Shown here: positions 38,676-51,755 of the stretch, in pieces
Layout: each line of letters starts with the position of its first letter
How positions within the stretch are numbered: the stretch's first letter is position 1
Source: Paraphysomonas bandaiensis
Lineage: Eukaryota > Protista > Chrysophyceae
NCBI GenBank assembly: GCA_965644295.1
Contig: CBFFRP010000446.1
Coordinates: forward strand, 46,330-110,329
Reading direction: 5' to 3'
Length of the DNA stretch: 64,000 nt
Program-made: the position numbers and the translations under genes
Notes under the pieces: generated by a model
What the model was told of the DNA's origin: nothing
The model's database searches: none
What the model saw: only the letters and a program-made list of their open reading frames with translations

Positions 38676-38920
38676 GTAAGTGTCACTTGTATAGACATCT
38701 TTGGACCTTGATGATTAAGCAGACATTCGGGAGTGGGCTCACCTAAGAGCATTTGGGGAATGGGCCAACCTTAAGGACCCAAAATTCTAAAGTCAGCAGA
38801 TGTTAGGTATATATCAACATTCTTCTTGCTCACTGCGTTTGCTTTGTGATGAACAAGCAGCTTTTGTAGCGTTAAATATAGTCAAGCACTGACACTTAAA
38901 CGCCTATTTTTAATAATAAG
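38676..38920 (-). repeat. Dispersed structured repeat family A, partial copy
   Basis: TAAGTGTCACTTGT..AGACATCTTTGG..CAAGCAGCTTTTGTAGCGTTAAATA matches the 19.8-20.0 kb copy. Confidence 0.8.
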
Positions 38921-39320
38921 AGGCATTCACAACGTTATAAAAAGTCGAGAATTCGTCCAACATTTCCCATAGGCGCACTTATAGCTATCGCTGTGGGTAC
39001 CAAAAGCCTGATATATATATTGTCTCTATTATTCTGTAGCTCATTTTAGTGCTATATTCCAAACCTAACGACACATGCATCATGAAAAGCTACTCTTTTA
39101 GTAGTTACCTCACAGACACCATCTACTAATACATCAGTCACACCAAAACCGGATTTTCTGACAGTTATTGGACCCGCCGATGCAACCTGACACGGAACAC
39201 TAGGACAACTACAGCATTCTGCTTCTTTATCGGAAAGTGTCTCATTTCTTGGTAATCTACAAACCACCGTCGCCCTATCTTCTACTGAACTTCGCAAAAT
39301 ACTACACATCAGCTTGATGT

Positions 39321-39570
39321 ATGTCAACTTTCAGAATGGGTTCAACAACGACAACATACAACAACCATTTGGTGCGACAACACATCGCCATTACTACACC
39401 TCCTACGGAACATGTTATTAACACATTTTATTATATTGTCTATATGTTACAACATTTATCCACAAATAAAGTGTTGGTTGACAACCTAACCGAGCCGCTC
39501 ACCTCTACAACGTTCCGCAGATTGCGGGTTTCACTAAAATGGGGTGAGAAAGATGATGTCAACATACCGG
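39321..39570 (+). mobile_element. Degenerate Copia RNase H C-terminal relic
   Basis: HLVRQHI...LQHLSTNKVLVDNLTEPLTSTTF resembles HWVREHV..IHVSTDDMAADIFTKALSTKLF of the intact Copia in this window. Confidence 0.5.
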
Positions 39571-40590
39571 CTATTATAGTGAAATAGAACCAGAGTATCT
39601 ACTCCCCGCTAGCAGAAACTCAACCAAGAGGCCACGATGGTCGATCTACGGAGTTTCCCACGATTCAATTTTAAGATAACATGTCATCATCAGTGTAATC
39701 TACAATCAATCATCGCACTTCTGGATTTTCTCCTCAGCAGAACAGTTTTGAATATATACTCGTGCTTGCATAACTATTTTATTGAGGGAAATATTAAGAT
39801 TCACTAACTCATATATTATATACCTCGTAGCACAATATCATATAATATTATACATATCAATACAACAAGATACTACAAAAAAATACAATTGACTGAATTG
39901 TCATTAGACGATATTATGAGATACGCGACTATCAAGATATATATAATATGCTATTATATGATTGATGCTCCTTACAATCGTGTATCCTTGTTGCCGTCAT
40001 ACTATTTTAGGCTTTATTAATTACGTCATGTCTCTCCAATTTTTCTTCTTTAATTAATACGAAGTATATAAATATCTCATTAAATGTAACAACTGCTATA
40101 TAGTTCTTAATTATTCACAAATACTTTATCGTCAGTTTACTTGTGTAGTTTATTCCATCTCCTGTTGTTATTTTGTTATAGCTTATAGCACCAGCAGCAG
40201 AGATCAAAGATGCAGGCGACTGGCGATAAATGCCAATTATCCATTAGGACATTGTTGTATTTTCACAGTTGAAGTGAAATCACATTTTTAGCATGACTAT
40301 CTATTTTTGAGTAATTTTATGCTACATCATCAAACACAACATTGTGTATGTATGTATGTACTAGCTATCGAAAGGAATACACTTCTAACCACTGTAATCT
40401 AAAGGTTTTGCTCTATAACTAACATAGTAGTAACTGGCCAATTTCACATATCCGCAAACAGTCGCATACCGTTACTTACAATTTCGAAGACATATCAAAC
40501 TTATATACAACACACAGCAGTAACTAGCCACAGGACTACCCACTAACAACATATGCCACCCATAAGGCAGCAACATTTACCGGTCTATTA

Positions 40591-41994
40591 TTAAATGTCA
40601 GCAGCTTGATTAGGGTTGAAGAAGTCTGTCATCTTTGACAGCTTCTTACCAGACACTGACGCTGCTTTAGAAAGATTCCTCCGATGTCCTCCAGTAAAGT
40701 CGACCGGTGGAGGTGGAGGGGTCGGTGCAGTGGCTCTCGCAACTGGTTGACGAGACTTCTTCTTTTTCTGAGTGGGACTACCAGCAGAGGAGGCAGACGA
40801 ATTGGCGGAAAGTGTAGGCGGAGGAGGGGGAATGGAAGAGTGTAGTATTTCACCCGTCACATTTTCTTCGGCACATTGGTCTTCCTCCCTATGTCTCCAT
40901 GGAAAGATACGGTCCTCACCATCTTCCTTACCTCCATCTGGCATACAAGGAAGCTCAGGTGGTCTCGATTCTCCTATTCCTATGGCCCGCTCCCCTGTGT
41001 CATTCCACTGCATCTTGTGACGCACGTACTCGACGAGGGCGGGATCACTATACGTATTGAAACTCACCTCCGCCGTCCCTCCTGTACCTTCACGTACTCC
41101 TGGCAAAGCAACAGATACACGAATTTCAGATGAAGGTTGTACTAGGAGTATACGGGCTGCGTTCAGTCCTGCCATACGGTACGCAAGTGCATCGGTCTCT
41201 TTGTTCCCGACCCCTAAACAGTAAGGAGTGGAAGGACTGCCTAGTGACACGAAGACAGACAGCACATCGATAAGGACGGATCCCTTGAATTGTGCTGTGG
41301 TCTTGGCCACAAGTTCGCGATATATTGCCCGCATAACATTTTCCCGATTAGTGAAAAGAGGTCCCGGGGGAAGGTGGTGGCCTTTGTGGTCTTGCACAAG
41401 TCGCAAAAAAGCCCTCGTGTCAGCCAGGTGATGTAGAGGTCGTGATGTCAGATACAGTGTACAAACAGAAAATTCTTTGTGAAGCAAAGAAAAAAATGAC
41501 ACCGCACCTTCATGAACGTAGTCGTATCGCCCGAGATAAACCGTCTCGACATATCCACGAACATCAGATTTCGTTAAAGTTCCATCGATATCAACGACAA
41601 CAATCTTGTCAGTAACACTCCACAGATACACAGAGCACTCCGCCTTAATATTAAGCACTTTGCTATGAAAGACAAGAGAGTTCCTCCCTCTGAGTAGACC
41701 CAGACTGCAGAGTATATGCGATGAGGGACATGTCGATCTCGAGCCATCACTCTCTATGAACTGAATGAGGCGAGAGGATACATCAAGAGCACCCATCACA
41801 TCTCTGCATAGGGCCCCATTGCAGTATATGGCCACTAGAAGATCCTCCTCTGTTAGTTTGGTCCTGTAGAGTGAGCTGGAGAGGGACCGCGTTATCTTTA
41901 CGTGAAATTCAGTGCTAACAGTGCGGTGCATCGACCCGTACACACACACCACATCAGAGGCCACCGCACCCGCACTCTCGCCCTCGATATCCAT
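40591..41994 (-). CDS. Lipin/LNS2-type HAD phosphatase (phosphatidate phosphatase-like), intronless
   Basis: KIVVVDIDGTLTKSDVRG, LYLTSRP, LPPGPLF, FKGSVL, GVGNKETDALAYRMAG. Confidence 0.85.
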   Translation of the reverse strand: MDIEGESAGAVASDVVCVYGSMHRTVSTEFHVKITRSLSSSLYRTKLTEEDLLVAIYCNGALCRDVMGALDVSSRLIQFIESDGSRSTCPSSHILCSLGLLRGRNSLVFHSKVLNIKAECSVYLWSVTDKIVVVDIDGTLTKSDVRGYVETVYLGRYDYVHEGAVSFFSLLHKEFSVCTLYLTSRPLHHLADTRAFLRLVQDHKGHHLPPGPLFTNRENVMRAIYRELVAKTTAQFKGSVLIDVLSVFVSLGSPSTPYCLGVGNKETDALAYRMAGLNAARILLVQPSSEIRVSVALPGVREGTGGTAEVSFNTYSDPALVEYVRHKMQWNDTGERAIGIGESRPPELPCMPDGGKEDGEDRIFPWRHREEDQCAEENVTGEILHSSIPPPPPTLSANSSASSAGSPTQKKKKSRQPVARATAPTPPPPPVDFTGGHRRNLSKAASVSGKKLSKMTDFFNPNQAADI

Positions 41995-42398
41995 TACAAG
42001 GAACTAGGGGGGCGGGAGGATGGCTCTGATCATATTACAGGACATGTCTGTGTGAGAGGGCGGGGTGTGAGTATGTGAGTGTGTCGAGGGACTGCACTGT
42101 GCTGTACTGCACTGTACACGCAGAGGGTGTACAGAACACCAGTGCGTGTCTGTAGGAGTATGTGTATGTACAGTACTACTGTATATGTATATGTATACCA
42201 GCCATATGTAGAGGTACACATACAGCAGTGTGTGGACATGTACGTATACCAACTATGGGACAATCCTACGAAGTACAGCCGTATACCTCTACACATGTAT
42301 ATGCGTGTACACCTGTACACATGTACACAGTGTGTGTACACCTCGGCGTACACACACCGCGCCCCTCAGCTCTCAGCTGCTTCATGGTCGTGCTGTGC

Positions 42399-42559
42399 TG
42401 TAATATGGGGATCTGCAGCAGCAGATGATACAAGTCAGTGTTGTAATATGAGCATCTGCAGCAGCAGATGATACAAGTCAGTGTTGTAATATGAGCATCT
42501 GCAGCAGCAGATGATACAAGTCAGTGTTGTAATATGAGCATCTGCAGCAGCAGATGATA
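42399..42559. repeat. 43-bp minisatellite, ~3.7 copies
   Basis: Unit ATCTGCAGCAGCAGATGATACAAGTCAGTGTTGTAATATGAGC at 42411, 42454, 42497 and partial at 42540. Confidence 0.95.
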
Positions 42560-43219
42560 TGGAGCAACAGCACACATCACTTTAATAACTTTAAACCTAC
42601 TTATACACCAGTAATACTTCGAATCATGCAACTAACCTCCATCAAATCTGGCATTGAGATAGATAATTCCGATAAACACTCTCGTCCATGTCTTAATTGA
42701 TCATGAGAATCATGCTGGAGTATATGACAACTTATGAGGTATGCTGCATCGTGAAGAGAGCAACACAGAATTGACGTTTATGAAAGTGGAATACACACGT
42801 ATGAGAGATGTCACTGATATTTGGTGTATCTGACGCTTTGATGTGGTGCAGGATATGGATGGAAATTAGATGATTCCCACGTGTCCAAAAATGCTTTTGT
42901 GCAATTTCGTCTCATATGTTTTCCAAATAAACGAAACCTTTTGTGACAGAATAATTGTGGAACCGATGCGGTGTAGACTCTCCATAAATCATCTCTAGAA
43001 CTGGTATATACAAGCATACAAGCTCGTTAAAAGTGCTATTTCGCATGAGAATGGCCACTTATAGATATTGTAATAATATCTATTAATACAGCTTATATTA
43101 AAGTATTCGTCGTTTGACTGGGGCTATTTTCTTCCATTTGTAATTTACCGTAAGATGCGTGGTCACCATACACTCAATAACTCAATAATCGCTAATGAAT
43201 AATAATACACTATAACTAC

Positions 43220-43340
43220 CAGGCCTGTATGTTAATTAATTATCAATTATTGAAATTGAAACAGTTGAATTTGGGACAGCAAATAATAATTGCAATTACA
43301 ATTAACTACAACCAGCGTCAATTAATGACAATTAATAGAT
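43220..43340. repeat. MITE-like family C copy
   Basis: Reverse-complement match to 10760-10835; left end resembles the 12133 terminus. Confidence 0.65.
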
Positions 43341-43490
43341 ACGTACACCTCATAAGTACCTTATGATATAACACGTGATATAAACAGGACATGTAAAATA
43401 CGATAGCAAAGCATCACAGTTTGTACCGGATTGATTGGGTGCCACATAACATAGAATCTTTGTCGTAATTCAGCTCATACTTGCTCATCA

Positions 43491-43892
43491 TTATGTGGAA
43501 GCTTTTAAAGCAACGAGAGATTCTTCACAAAATTTCACTGTTCGGGAGTCATTTCGTCCTAATTGTTTAATGCATTCATTCATGAGTGTTTCAAAAAGAA
43601 AATTGTTGTCCGTATCGAGACTAGCATAGAAAAAGAGAGTTGATGATGATAGCAGCTTAAATGCATCCACCGGCGACCCCATAAGAGTGCGGATTGACAT
43701 GCCGCCATGCAGTCGAGAAAGTGCAACTTGCGATATATCAACCAGTCTGTGTCCTAAGATAGCGTCAGATAAATACTTCTGTGCTTCTGGAAGAGATTTA
43801 ATCCCGAAGTACTGAGCGTTGTAACTGTGGCCCAATAGTGCCAATTGAGGAAATATGAACCATATCCAGTGACTGCGCACCCTACACGTCAC
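43491..43892 (-). CDS. Hypothetical coding exon or gene fragment
   Basis: 133-codon ORF with globular composition; possible further exons at ~43920-44100 and 42811-43017; may be decayed. Confidence 0.3.
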   Translation of the reverse strand: MTCRVRSHWIWFIFPQLALLGHSYNAQYFGIKSLPEAQKYLSDAILGHRLVDISQVALSRLHGGMSIRTLMGSPVDAFKLLSSSTLFFYASLDTDNNFLFETLMNECIKQLGRNDSRTVKFCEESLVALKAST

Positions 43893-44792
43893 TCAATACG
43901 CACCACACTGCATGTTCTTACCTATCCTTACCAGTACTACTTAACTCCTCCATAGCTACAGGGAAAAACTCGTTACTATTCATAAGAAACGGAAAGAAGT
44001 TAAACTCCTTTCGAGAGGAGGCTGTGAGAGGGTAGGAGCGATCTGTAGATGCTGAGGATATAGAGGGCCAGCTGGAAACTCTTTTCATTGCGGTGCTGTG
44101 TGTGGTTTAGCTAGTTATTCCCTCTAATTATTGTATCTCTGCATCTGTGCTCGCTACTGCTGGTGCATATCAAGATGATGCATATGCAGGTACGAGTGTC
44201 GACAGCAGTGCAGTGTACGCTAACCCCATGAGCTGATAATTTCCCGTATTTTCCCGTATAAAAACTAGTTCTTTCTATAAAATAGTCAGTTTTGTTTTTT
44301 GAAATATGCGTAAAATTCGGAGAATGTTTGGTTGGGAGGAATGGAATACCATGAAATACAGAGGTGTATTCTACGGCAATGAAATTGATGCAGCTGTACA
44401 TACACAGCGGCAGTGTGTACCGGAGCTACAGATACAGAGCGGTGTGCACTAACACTCTTAAGCAGTGAACTACTGAATGAAGATGCTCTACATACCACCA
44501 TCTCTCATGTGGAAGTGTTATAGGCTACTTGTATTTGCTGCGGTGAGTATAGTCGGACATGCACATATCTAATCAAACGATCCTGTATTCCAGACCGTAT
44601 ACTACTGTATATCTAGACTACAGTAACTGCCTGTGTGTCTGTATGATCGCAGAGCAGATGCAGATGCAGCATGTGCTGCTCTATCCACACACCTCTCTAC
44701 ATGTGCGTGCATCCTCATCAGCTCCATTGGCTGCAATGATACTCTCAACTGCTAAATGAGTCAATACCACTATTGATTGAGAGGAAGAAAGG

Positions 44793-46317
44793 ATGCACTG
44801 GGTTATATGCGGTCTTATAATCTTCAGTTTCTCAGCTCCCTCAGCTGTTATGGGTGTACCGTATGCAATAGGAACTCAGGGCATTGTTGTCGGAGTGTTG
44901 CTGTGTATACTGTATACGATATCAGTGTCTCTTGGTGCAGTCTTGTTGATTGACTTGGTAGGCCAGTATACTAATATAAAAGAGCTGAAGGATTTGGGCC
45001 GCGCGACGATGGGATCGAAAGGAGAATATTTTGCAACTCTTATACAAAACGGTCAGTTATTATCTCATCAAAGTAGACTAGAATACTTCTCATTTACAGC
45101 CTCTATTTTAATATTCTGTCTAGCTCTAGTGAATAATTATTTTTTCCCTTAGGTAACTTCTTTTTGTTCATGCCTGTTGCCTTAGACATCGTTGCATCAT
45201 CTGCTCAAGATATCATTGATCCCAGTATCGATATATGCCCAGACTACTTTCTATTCGCTGTTGCAGCCGTCTGCCTTGCAACAACACAGATTCGCAGCTT
45301 TTCCAATGCATCCTTCTTTTCAGTTTCATCTCTAGTGTGTGTGTTTCTGATTTCGGTCATCATATTTGTAGTTGTGTCGACAAATTCTAATGATGATAAG
45401 AAGAATGCACAGCTGTTTGGAAATCCCGATGGCGATTCTCTTAAGGGAGTGTCTCAAGGCCTTTTGGGGGTTACTACTGCGGTATGGAGCTATGTGCCAT
45501 CATTTTTAGTTGTGGAGCTCCTGTCCTCTACCCTGCCTAGCAAGGGTGGAATGTGTCGGGCAGTCGTCCTGTCTGCTGCATTGAATGTAGTATTGTATGT
45601 GGGGGTGGGGGTCGTTGTTGTGTGCCGCTGGGGTTGGGAGATGGAGGACCCAATAACTCTGGTTGATGCTTGGCCAAGCCAGTCCACTCTTTCGCGAATT
45701 ATGTCGGCCCTTCTATTTATATCGAATTTAGTGTCCTATTCTATTGACTCTGTGGCTCTTACCGGGAAGTATATTCAGGCCGTATGCCCTGACTTTGATA
45801 CTGATGATTGGACTCCTGTTGGATGTTTACGGTGAATCTCTTTACTGATAGCTTGTTTTCTTTCACTAAGCGCCTCTATGTCACAGATTCCTTGCCCTGT
45901 CCGCCCAACCCTGGGCTCTTGCCTTGGTTATATCTATTGTAGCCCCCAACATGTTTGTTATTCTAGCATTCGTAACGGCATTTTCTGTTCCTTGGGTGAC
46001 TATGGTGAGGTTATCTTCTCGATACATTTCCACCTCCTTACTCTCTCTCTTTTGAGCAGATATTTCCTTCCCTCTGCTTCCTTTGTGCAGACTCTTCGGC
46101 TTCAGAAGACCCTTTACTCAAAATAAAAACCGATAAATTGCTGAGTCCTACATCGTCCCAGCGCATAGCGGTGTGGCTTTTAATATTAGGGTCAATAACC
46201 TTTATCATATGTCTTGCTGCAGCCGTGGGTAAATCAGCGTTCGCTGATCTCCGCGGAGATTCAGTGATTGGATGCTCCGGGTGGATGCTTCTGGACACCA
46301 GCACTGATGATGACTAG
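44793..46317 (+). CDS. Amino acid/auxin permease (Aa_trans) family transporter, 4 exons
   Basis: AVMGVPYAIGTQGIVVG, DLGRATMG, TQIRSFSNAS; roughly 10-11 hydrophobic helices; start uncertain. Confidence 0.8.
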
Positions 46318-46569
46318 TCTAGAGCTAAAAGCGTGTGTTGTACACCTTTTGAAGTACGCCAGTAGTTTATTATGAAATGATAGTGTGTATACGTGCGTAT
46401 GTGCGTATGTCGTTGGATAAGGAGTATGTATACTCTTGCTGGCTACTTACATCGTTTAACTTTTACTGGATATCGTTTAACTTCTACCTTGTTGAGATAC
46501 TACGTACATTAGTACAAACTATAAAAAAGAACTTGTAATCTCCATTATTGTGTAATAAACGTACTGATA

Positions 46570-47400
46570 TCTTACTATTAGCAACAGGCGTGTAAGAGTC
46601 TAAAATAATGTAGCAAAACAATTTTACTGACTAGTGCTTAACTCTGATATCCTACGATTTAACGCTACGAAAGCTGCATGTGCGTCACCGCAAGCACTCT
46701 ATCACTCAAAGTAAGCGTAGTGACCAAACAGAATGCATAAACGCATAAACATATACCTGACATCTGCTGGCTTCAGGATTCTTGAGCCCTTAAGGTGAAC
46801 ATCCCGGAGGCTTGACTTTAGACCTTCCTGGATGCCCTTCAGAGGAGCCTATTCCTGGATGCCTGTTTATTTATCAAAGCCCAAAGACATCTACAATATC
46901 TGCTGACTATATGTGCGGCTCACGTTAGTTTCCAGGAGAAATATCTCCGGTACTTATCCCCCAGAACACCACGAAAGAATTGAGACTGACTATGTTGTGA
47001 GTGTAATATATTTATACATTCTGCTTGATCACTGCCTTTACGTTGTTGTTGTACCATATGATGCTTGTGGTGATGTTGTACAAAAGCAGATTTCATAACG
47101 TTAAATAATAGCAGGATATATATCTGAGATGATATCCGGGCTACTTCACCTTAAGGCGAAAGTGGTTGCACCTTGGTGTTTGCAGTAATGTACAAGCAGA
47201 TTTCGTAGCGCAAAATGCTAGGATGTCAGAGTTAAGCACTAGTAGTTAGTTAAATTGTTTTGCTACATTAGTCCTGACTCTTACAGTAACGCCTATTATT
47301 GCTAATCATCAGACTTCACTACTGCCACTAGTTAGTTAAATTGTTTTGTTACATTAGTTCTGACTCTTAAACGCCTATTGCTAATTGTAAGACATTCACT
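46570..47400. repeat. Family A cluster: + copy 46570-46998 facing - copies 47058-47120 and 47145-47400
   Basis: 46575-46700 is the reverse complement of ~47170-47310; the + copy lacks ~70 nt of the core. Confidence 0.85.
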
Positions 47401-48089
47401 ACTACTGCTTATTATAATATATTAGCGTATTCATTGTGCTTGTCACCAAAAAACGCTGTCTAGATGTGCACTATACTTGCGTGACACATTTATATGCTAC
47501 GCTAATGGATCAAACCGTAGTTCGATCTGCTGGTATAGATAAATTAATCGCCACTCTGCCGGATCAAAAGAAGGACGATCAAATGCCTATTATTTATATG
47601 GTCCTTTAATATACTCTATAAGTGGTAATATATATCATCATGTCGTTGATGTTCGCATTGGAATTCATCACCTACTAGTCAAAGCAGTGCTACTTTGAGG
47701 AGATTGGGCAATCCAAGAGCGCACTAATATTTCATTGGAGGATCGCTATTGCCTTACGCGGCAACTTTACTTCACCGAACTATTCGCCATAGATTATAAT
47801 ATATACAGTATCATGTTACAGGAGTGATTAATCGGCTACCCGTGTGTTGCTGAGGAGTACAGAATTAATTCGAGATTCAGAACAAAGAAAAGGCAAACTG
47901 TAATCAATTCATCCAACAGTTGGTTGTTTTCCAGTTCTTTACATCGATAAAAAGCCTCTATAAAAACGAAGAAGCTTTATTGAGAGCTTTAGAGATGAAT
48001 CTGAATGATCAACATCATTGATCACATCATATAATTTGAAAATCCACATGCTTTATACTTATTATAATTTCACTCAGTTAAGTATTATA

Positions 48090-48490
48090 TATTATATAGT
48101 AAATGGTATCGTCAAAATATAAGCCGGCTTTTAGAAGTGGACATTTCCCTGAAGTTAACTTTTTGCTCTATACATGTAAACCTTAACCTTGCTTGTTGAA
48201 CACAATGCACTTTCAAGTAAGAAATTATAATAATAAATTAATCTGAACACTTAACTACATATAGTTGTGTAACATCTGGTAAAACATCTGTTTATCATAT
48301 ACATGTTCACTAGTCACGTTTATATCACACATCAGAAACTGAGTTTAATTCCTCTGTAACTATTACCACCCGTTACACATTACACCTATGAGTTGACTTC
48401 ACCTATTGCTCATTTCACACTATTATAATTCACTTCAATTGCACGATATATAGCACATCACACATCATATTGCAGAACTCAACACCGGCA
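48090..48490 (+). repeat. Dispersed repeat family B, copy 2
   Basis: Similar to 10240-10580. Confidence 0.75.
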
Positions 48491-48894
48491 ATATATTGTA
48501 ATATTAAAATAAATTAAATGAAACATCAACAAGCTACTAGTAGGAATGTAAGAGTTGGTTCTATTTTAACAAATAAATTGAACATTACGCCAGTTTCTTG
48601 TTTCTTTTAATAACATCTTGCGAGCCTTCGTTCAATTAAAAGGTTATGCGCATGTGAAGCTCTGAGTTGCCAGTCGCTGACACATACAGCTAATACAAGG
48701 TGGTACACTGATTTAAAACTAATTCTTTTGATCATATAGAAGCAAAAGTTTCTCTTATTTACCATCAATCAACAGATTCTACTAGTACGCTGTCATTATG
48801 AATACACTCAGTTGGGAGGCTGATTGTGGTGTAAACGCACGCGATTAAACTAAACTAGCATATGCGAGAAGCTACAGTGGTACCCGCCAACTTT

Positions 48895-50665
48895 TTACCC
48901 TCTGTGGCCTCTTGGATCCTGCTGTTCGTGCACGTTTAGTTTGATCATGTCGTCGATCCTGAGAACGGAGACTGCGGCTTCAGTGGCAAAACGTAAAGAC
49001 TTAATCTTAGAAATGGCTGGTTCAACCACCCCGGCCTCCAGATTGTTCCTCACGATCCCATTGACAAGATCAAGTCCCATGAATTTCTTCTTGTCGTATT
49101 CTTCGGCGGACTCGTTACCGCTTGCAGAGGAATTCTGGTGTGCGTAGTGGTGCGCCTTCAACTGCGACACCAGTTCGGTGGCATCCTTCGCAGCATTAAC
49201 CGACAATACTCTGGGAATGACCAACAATGCCTCCGCATACTGGGCCACAGCAAGCTGCTCTCTGGAACTCATCGAGGTGGCTACCCCTTCCAAATGGGTA
49301 GCAAGAGCAGTCTCAACAGCCCCACCCCCAGCGACAAGCGAGTTGCTCTCAATAATACGCTTGATCACGCACAAGGAGTCATGCAGCGCGCGATCCATCT
49401 CATCGAGCATAAACTCATTTGCACCACGGAGTACAACTGTGCATGCCCTACCGCCTCTGCATCCACGGAAGTAGATGAGTTCTCCGTCTCCTACACGCTC
49501 CTCCGAAACCTCCTCCGCGTCGCCAAGGCATTCAGCATCAAAACACTCGTTACCCTCCATGTCCGCCAGAGTGGTCACAATACGACCACCAGTAGCCTTA
49601 GCAATACGCTTCAAGTCCTCCGGCTTCACGCGGCGCACTGCAATCGCCCCTGCCTCCACGAAGTACTTGAGACAAAGGTCATCAATGCCCTTGGATGTCA
49701 GTATCACTCTTGCGCCTGAGTCAAGGATGCGCTGGATCTTCTCCTTGGTTATGTCCATTTCACGCTGTCGGATTTCCTCCACCTGCTTGGTCTCTGTAAC
49801 CACAATCTGCACGCCCATCTGCATCTTATGTTTCTGTAAATTGAAGTCCAGAAGGGCAACCTGATGAGTGCGGTTTGAAATGAGTATAGCAAAAAGTAGA
49901 ATAATGGAGATGCACCTTGGCGTTACGGACGGTGGTAGGCATCCCCTGAGCAGCGCGGGTACAATTGAGTGCGAAGCCATCCACCAAACATGAGTCCAGA
50001 GAACTCTGTCCGTGGCTCTTGAGGATGTGGACGTTGCTCACAGGGCATTTACTCTTGCCATCCTTATCGATTTTTACTTTGAGTGCGGCCGTAACAGCTA
50101 GATTAGAAAAGAAGTCGGACTCCGCGCCAATAATTTTGGATGACATGCTAGTCTTGGCTGCATATATCATAAGAGTAAGCAACATATAGCAGAATAAAAC
50201 ACTTATACACTCACCAGCATTGACCAAATTCTCGCGACTGAGTCCCTCAGCAGTGACGACAAGGTTTGATTTAATATACTTGACTGCCTCCTTACATGCG
50301 AGACGATAACCGGACATGACAACTGTGGGGTGTATGTTATTCTTGACGAGCTCATTGGCTCTCTTCAATAGTTCAGCAGCAACAATAACGACACTAGTGG
50401 TCCCGTCGCCGACCTCCTGATCCTGCAGCTGCGCGAGCTCAACAAGCACCTTAGCTGCAGGGTGCTGTATGTCCAGCTGAGCAAGAATAGTCGCGCCGTC
50501 ATTAGTGATGGTGACATCCCCAATCTCGTCCACGAGCATCTTGTCGAGACCGACTGGACCTAACGACGACTTCACGATATTCGCTATGGCCATAGCAGCC
50601 GTCACATTCTGAGTCCTCACATCCTGCCCTGATGTGCGCTCACCGTCTAGAAGCATACCCGACAT
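48895..50665 (-). CDS. TCP1: T-complex protein 1 subunit alpha (CCT1), 3 exons
   Basis: ANIVKSSLGPVGLDKMLVD, TITNDGATIL, QDQEVGDGTTSVV, DEMDRALHDSLC, VAGGGAVE, KIKSLRFATEAA. Confidence 0.97.
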
Positions 50666-51755
50666 GGTTAATGGCTCTCTTGATGTATAGGAGAGTGTGG
50701 TGGATGAGCTGAAGTTATGTTCGGTTGGTTATATATGTGTGTGTATGTATGTGTGTATGCATGAGAGGCTCATGTAGGAGTATACCACACTATACATATA
50801 TACGTACATGAGGAGGCTCACGCTCTGCTGTGTATGGTGTGCTATACTACTGTATGTACTCTACTATAGCACTGGTCCACATCCACATCCACATACAGAG
50901 CATACAGCATACACAGACTACACCTTGCAGTAGATAACTACTAGACGTATGTGGACAGACCTACACACACATATACATAAGCTACACAAAATACCCCAAC
51001 CGCACCTCTCGGATGATATCTTTGACAGACACTTTCAGTCGCGAGAATATCAGACACCACTGCTGTCGTTACTTTGTGCAATACTCGCTGTGTGTATATC
51101 ATCCTTTCGCATGCCCCTTGACGGTATTGCTACCTCGCCTGGTCCTTTCTTTGCAGATGCGTGTTATTGGTTTGCTGCAAGGTCATCGTGTTGAGTAGTG
51201 CAGTGGCTTGATCTCCAGATGTTGTGTGTGTATCAGCGTATAACAGTGTCGCAGTCGTCGTATCATCCAGACAACTGTGTTCATCATATGCAGTGAATAG
51301 ATATCACTAAGGAGTGTGTATATAAGTGCTTGACTTGAAGTGATGCATTGTCCATATGCATAAATCGAGTTGTTGTCGTCCTCAAGATCGAAGATTTCGA
51401 CAGACACCATCATAATATCTGAAGTATGTGCATGATACACTTGAACATGAAGTTTATGTTTCAGCTATTTATTTGGTTAATCTCTATGTTGCTTAACGGA
51501 ATTCATTTGTAATAAATGTCCCTTATACCAATAGCCTTTATAGTCACATCTTGTAATACAAGAAGTTTCGGCTTGCTTGCTTGGGCTCGAGTAGTGACAT
51601 TCTTAGTCTTATGCTAGTACATCTTATAAAGAATCGAAACATAGAGTATGATATATATTCATTTATGTGCCCATAGAAGCTGCAACGGTTGTGTACAGCT
51701 GAACAATACCCAGATAACTCTACTCTACAACTACATTCCTATTAGCAATCTCCAT

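Noticed and set aside
42399-42559. CRISPR-like repeat array
   Set aside because: Units are contiguous and identical with no unique spacers; no cas genes; eukaryotic context
48941-50189. Several + strand ORFs overlapping TCP1 (similarly over Copia, PRMT7 and RPL7A)
   Set aside because: Antisense shadows of codon-biased genes
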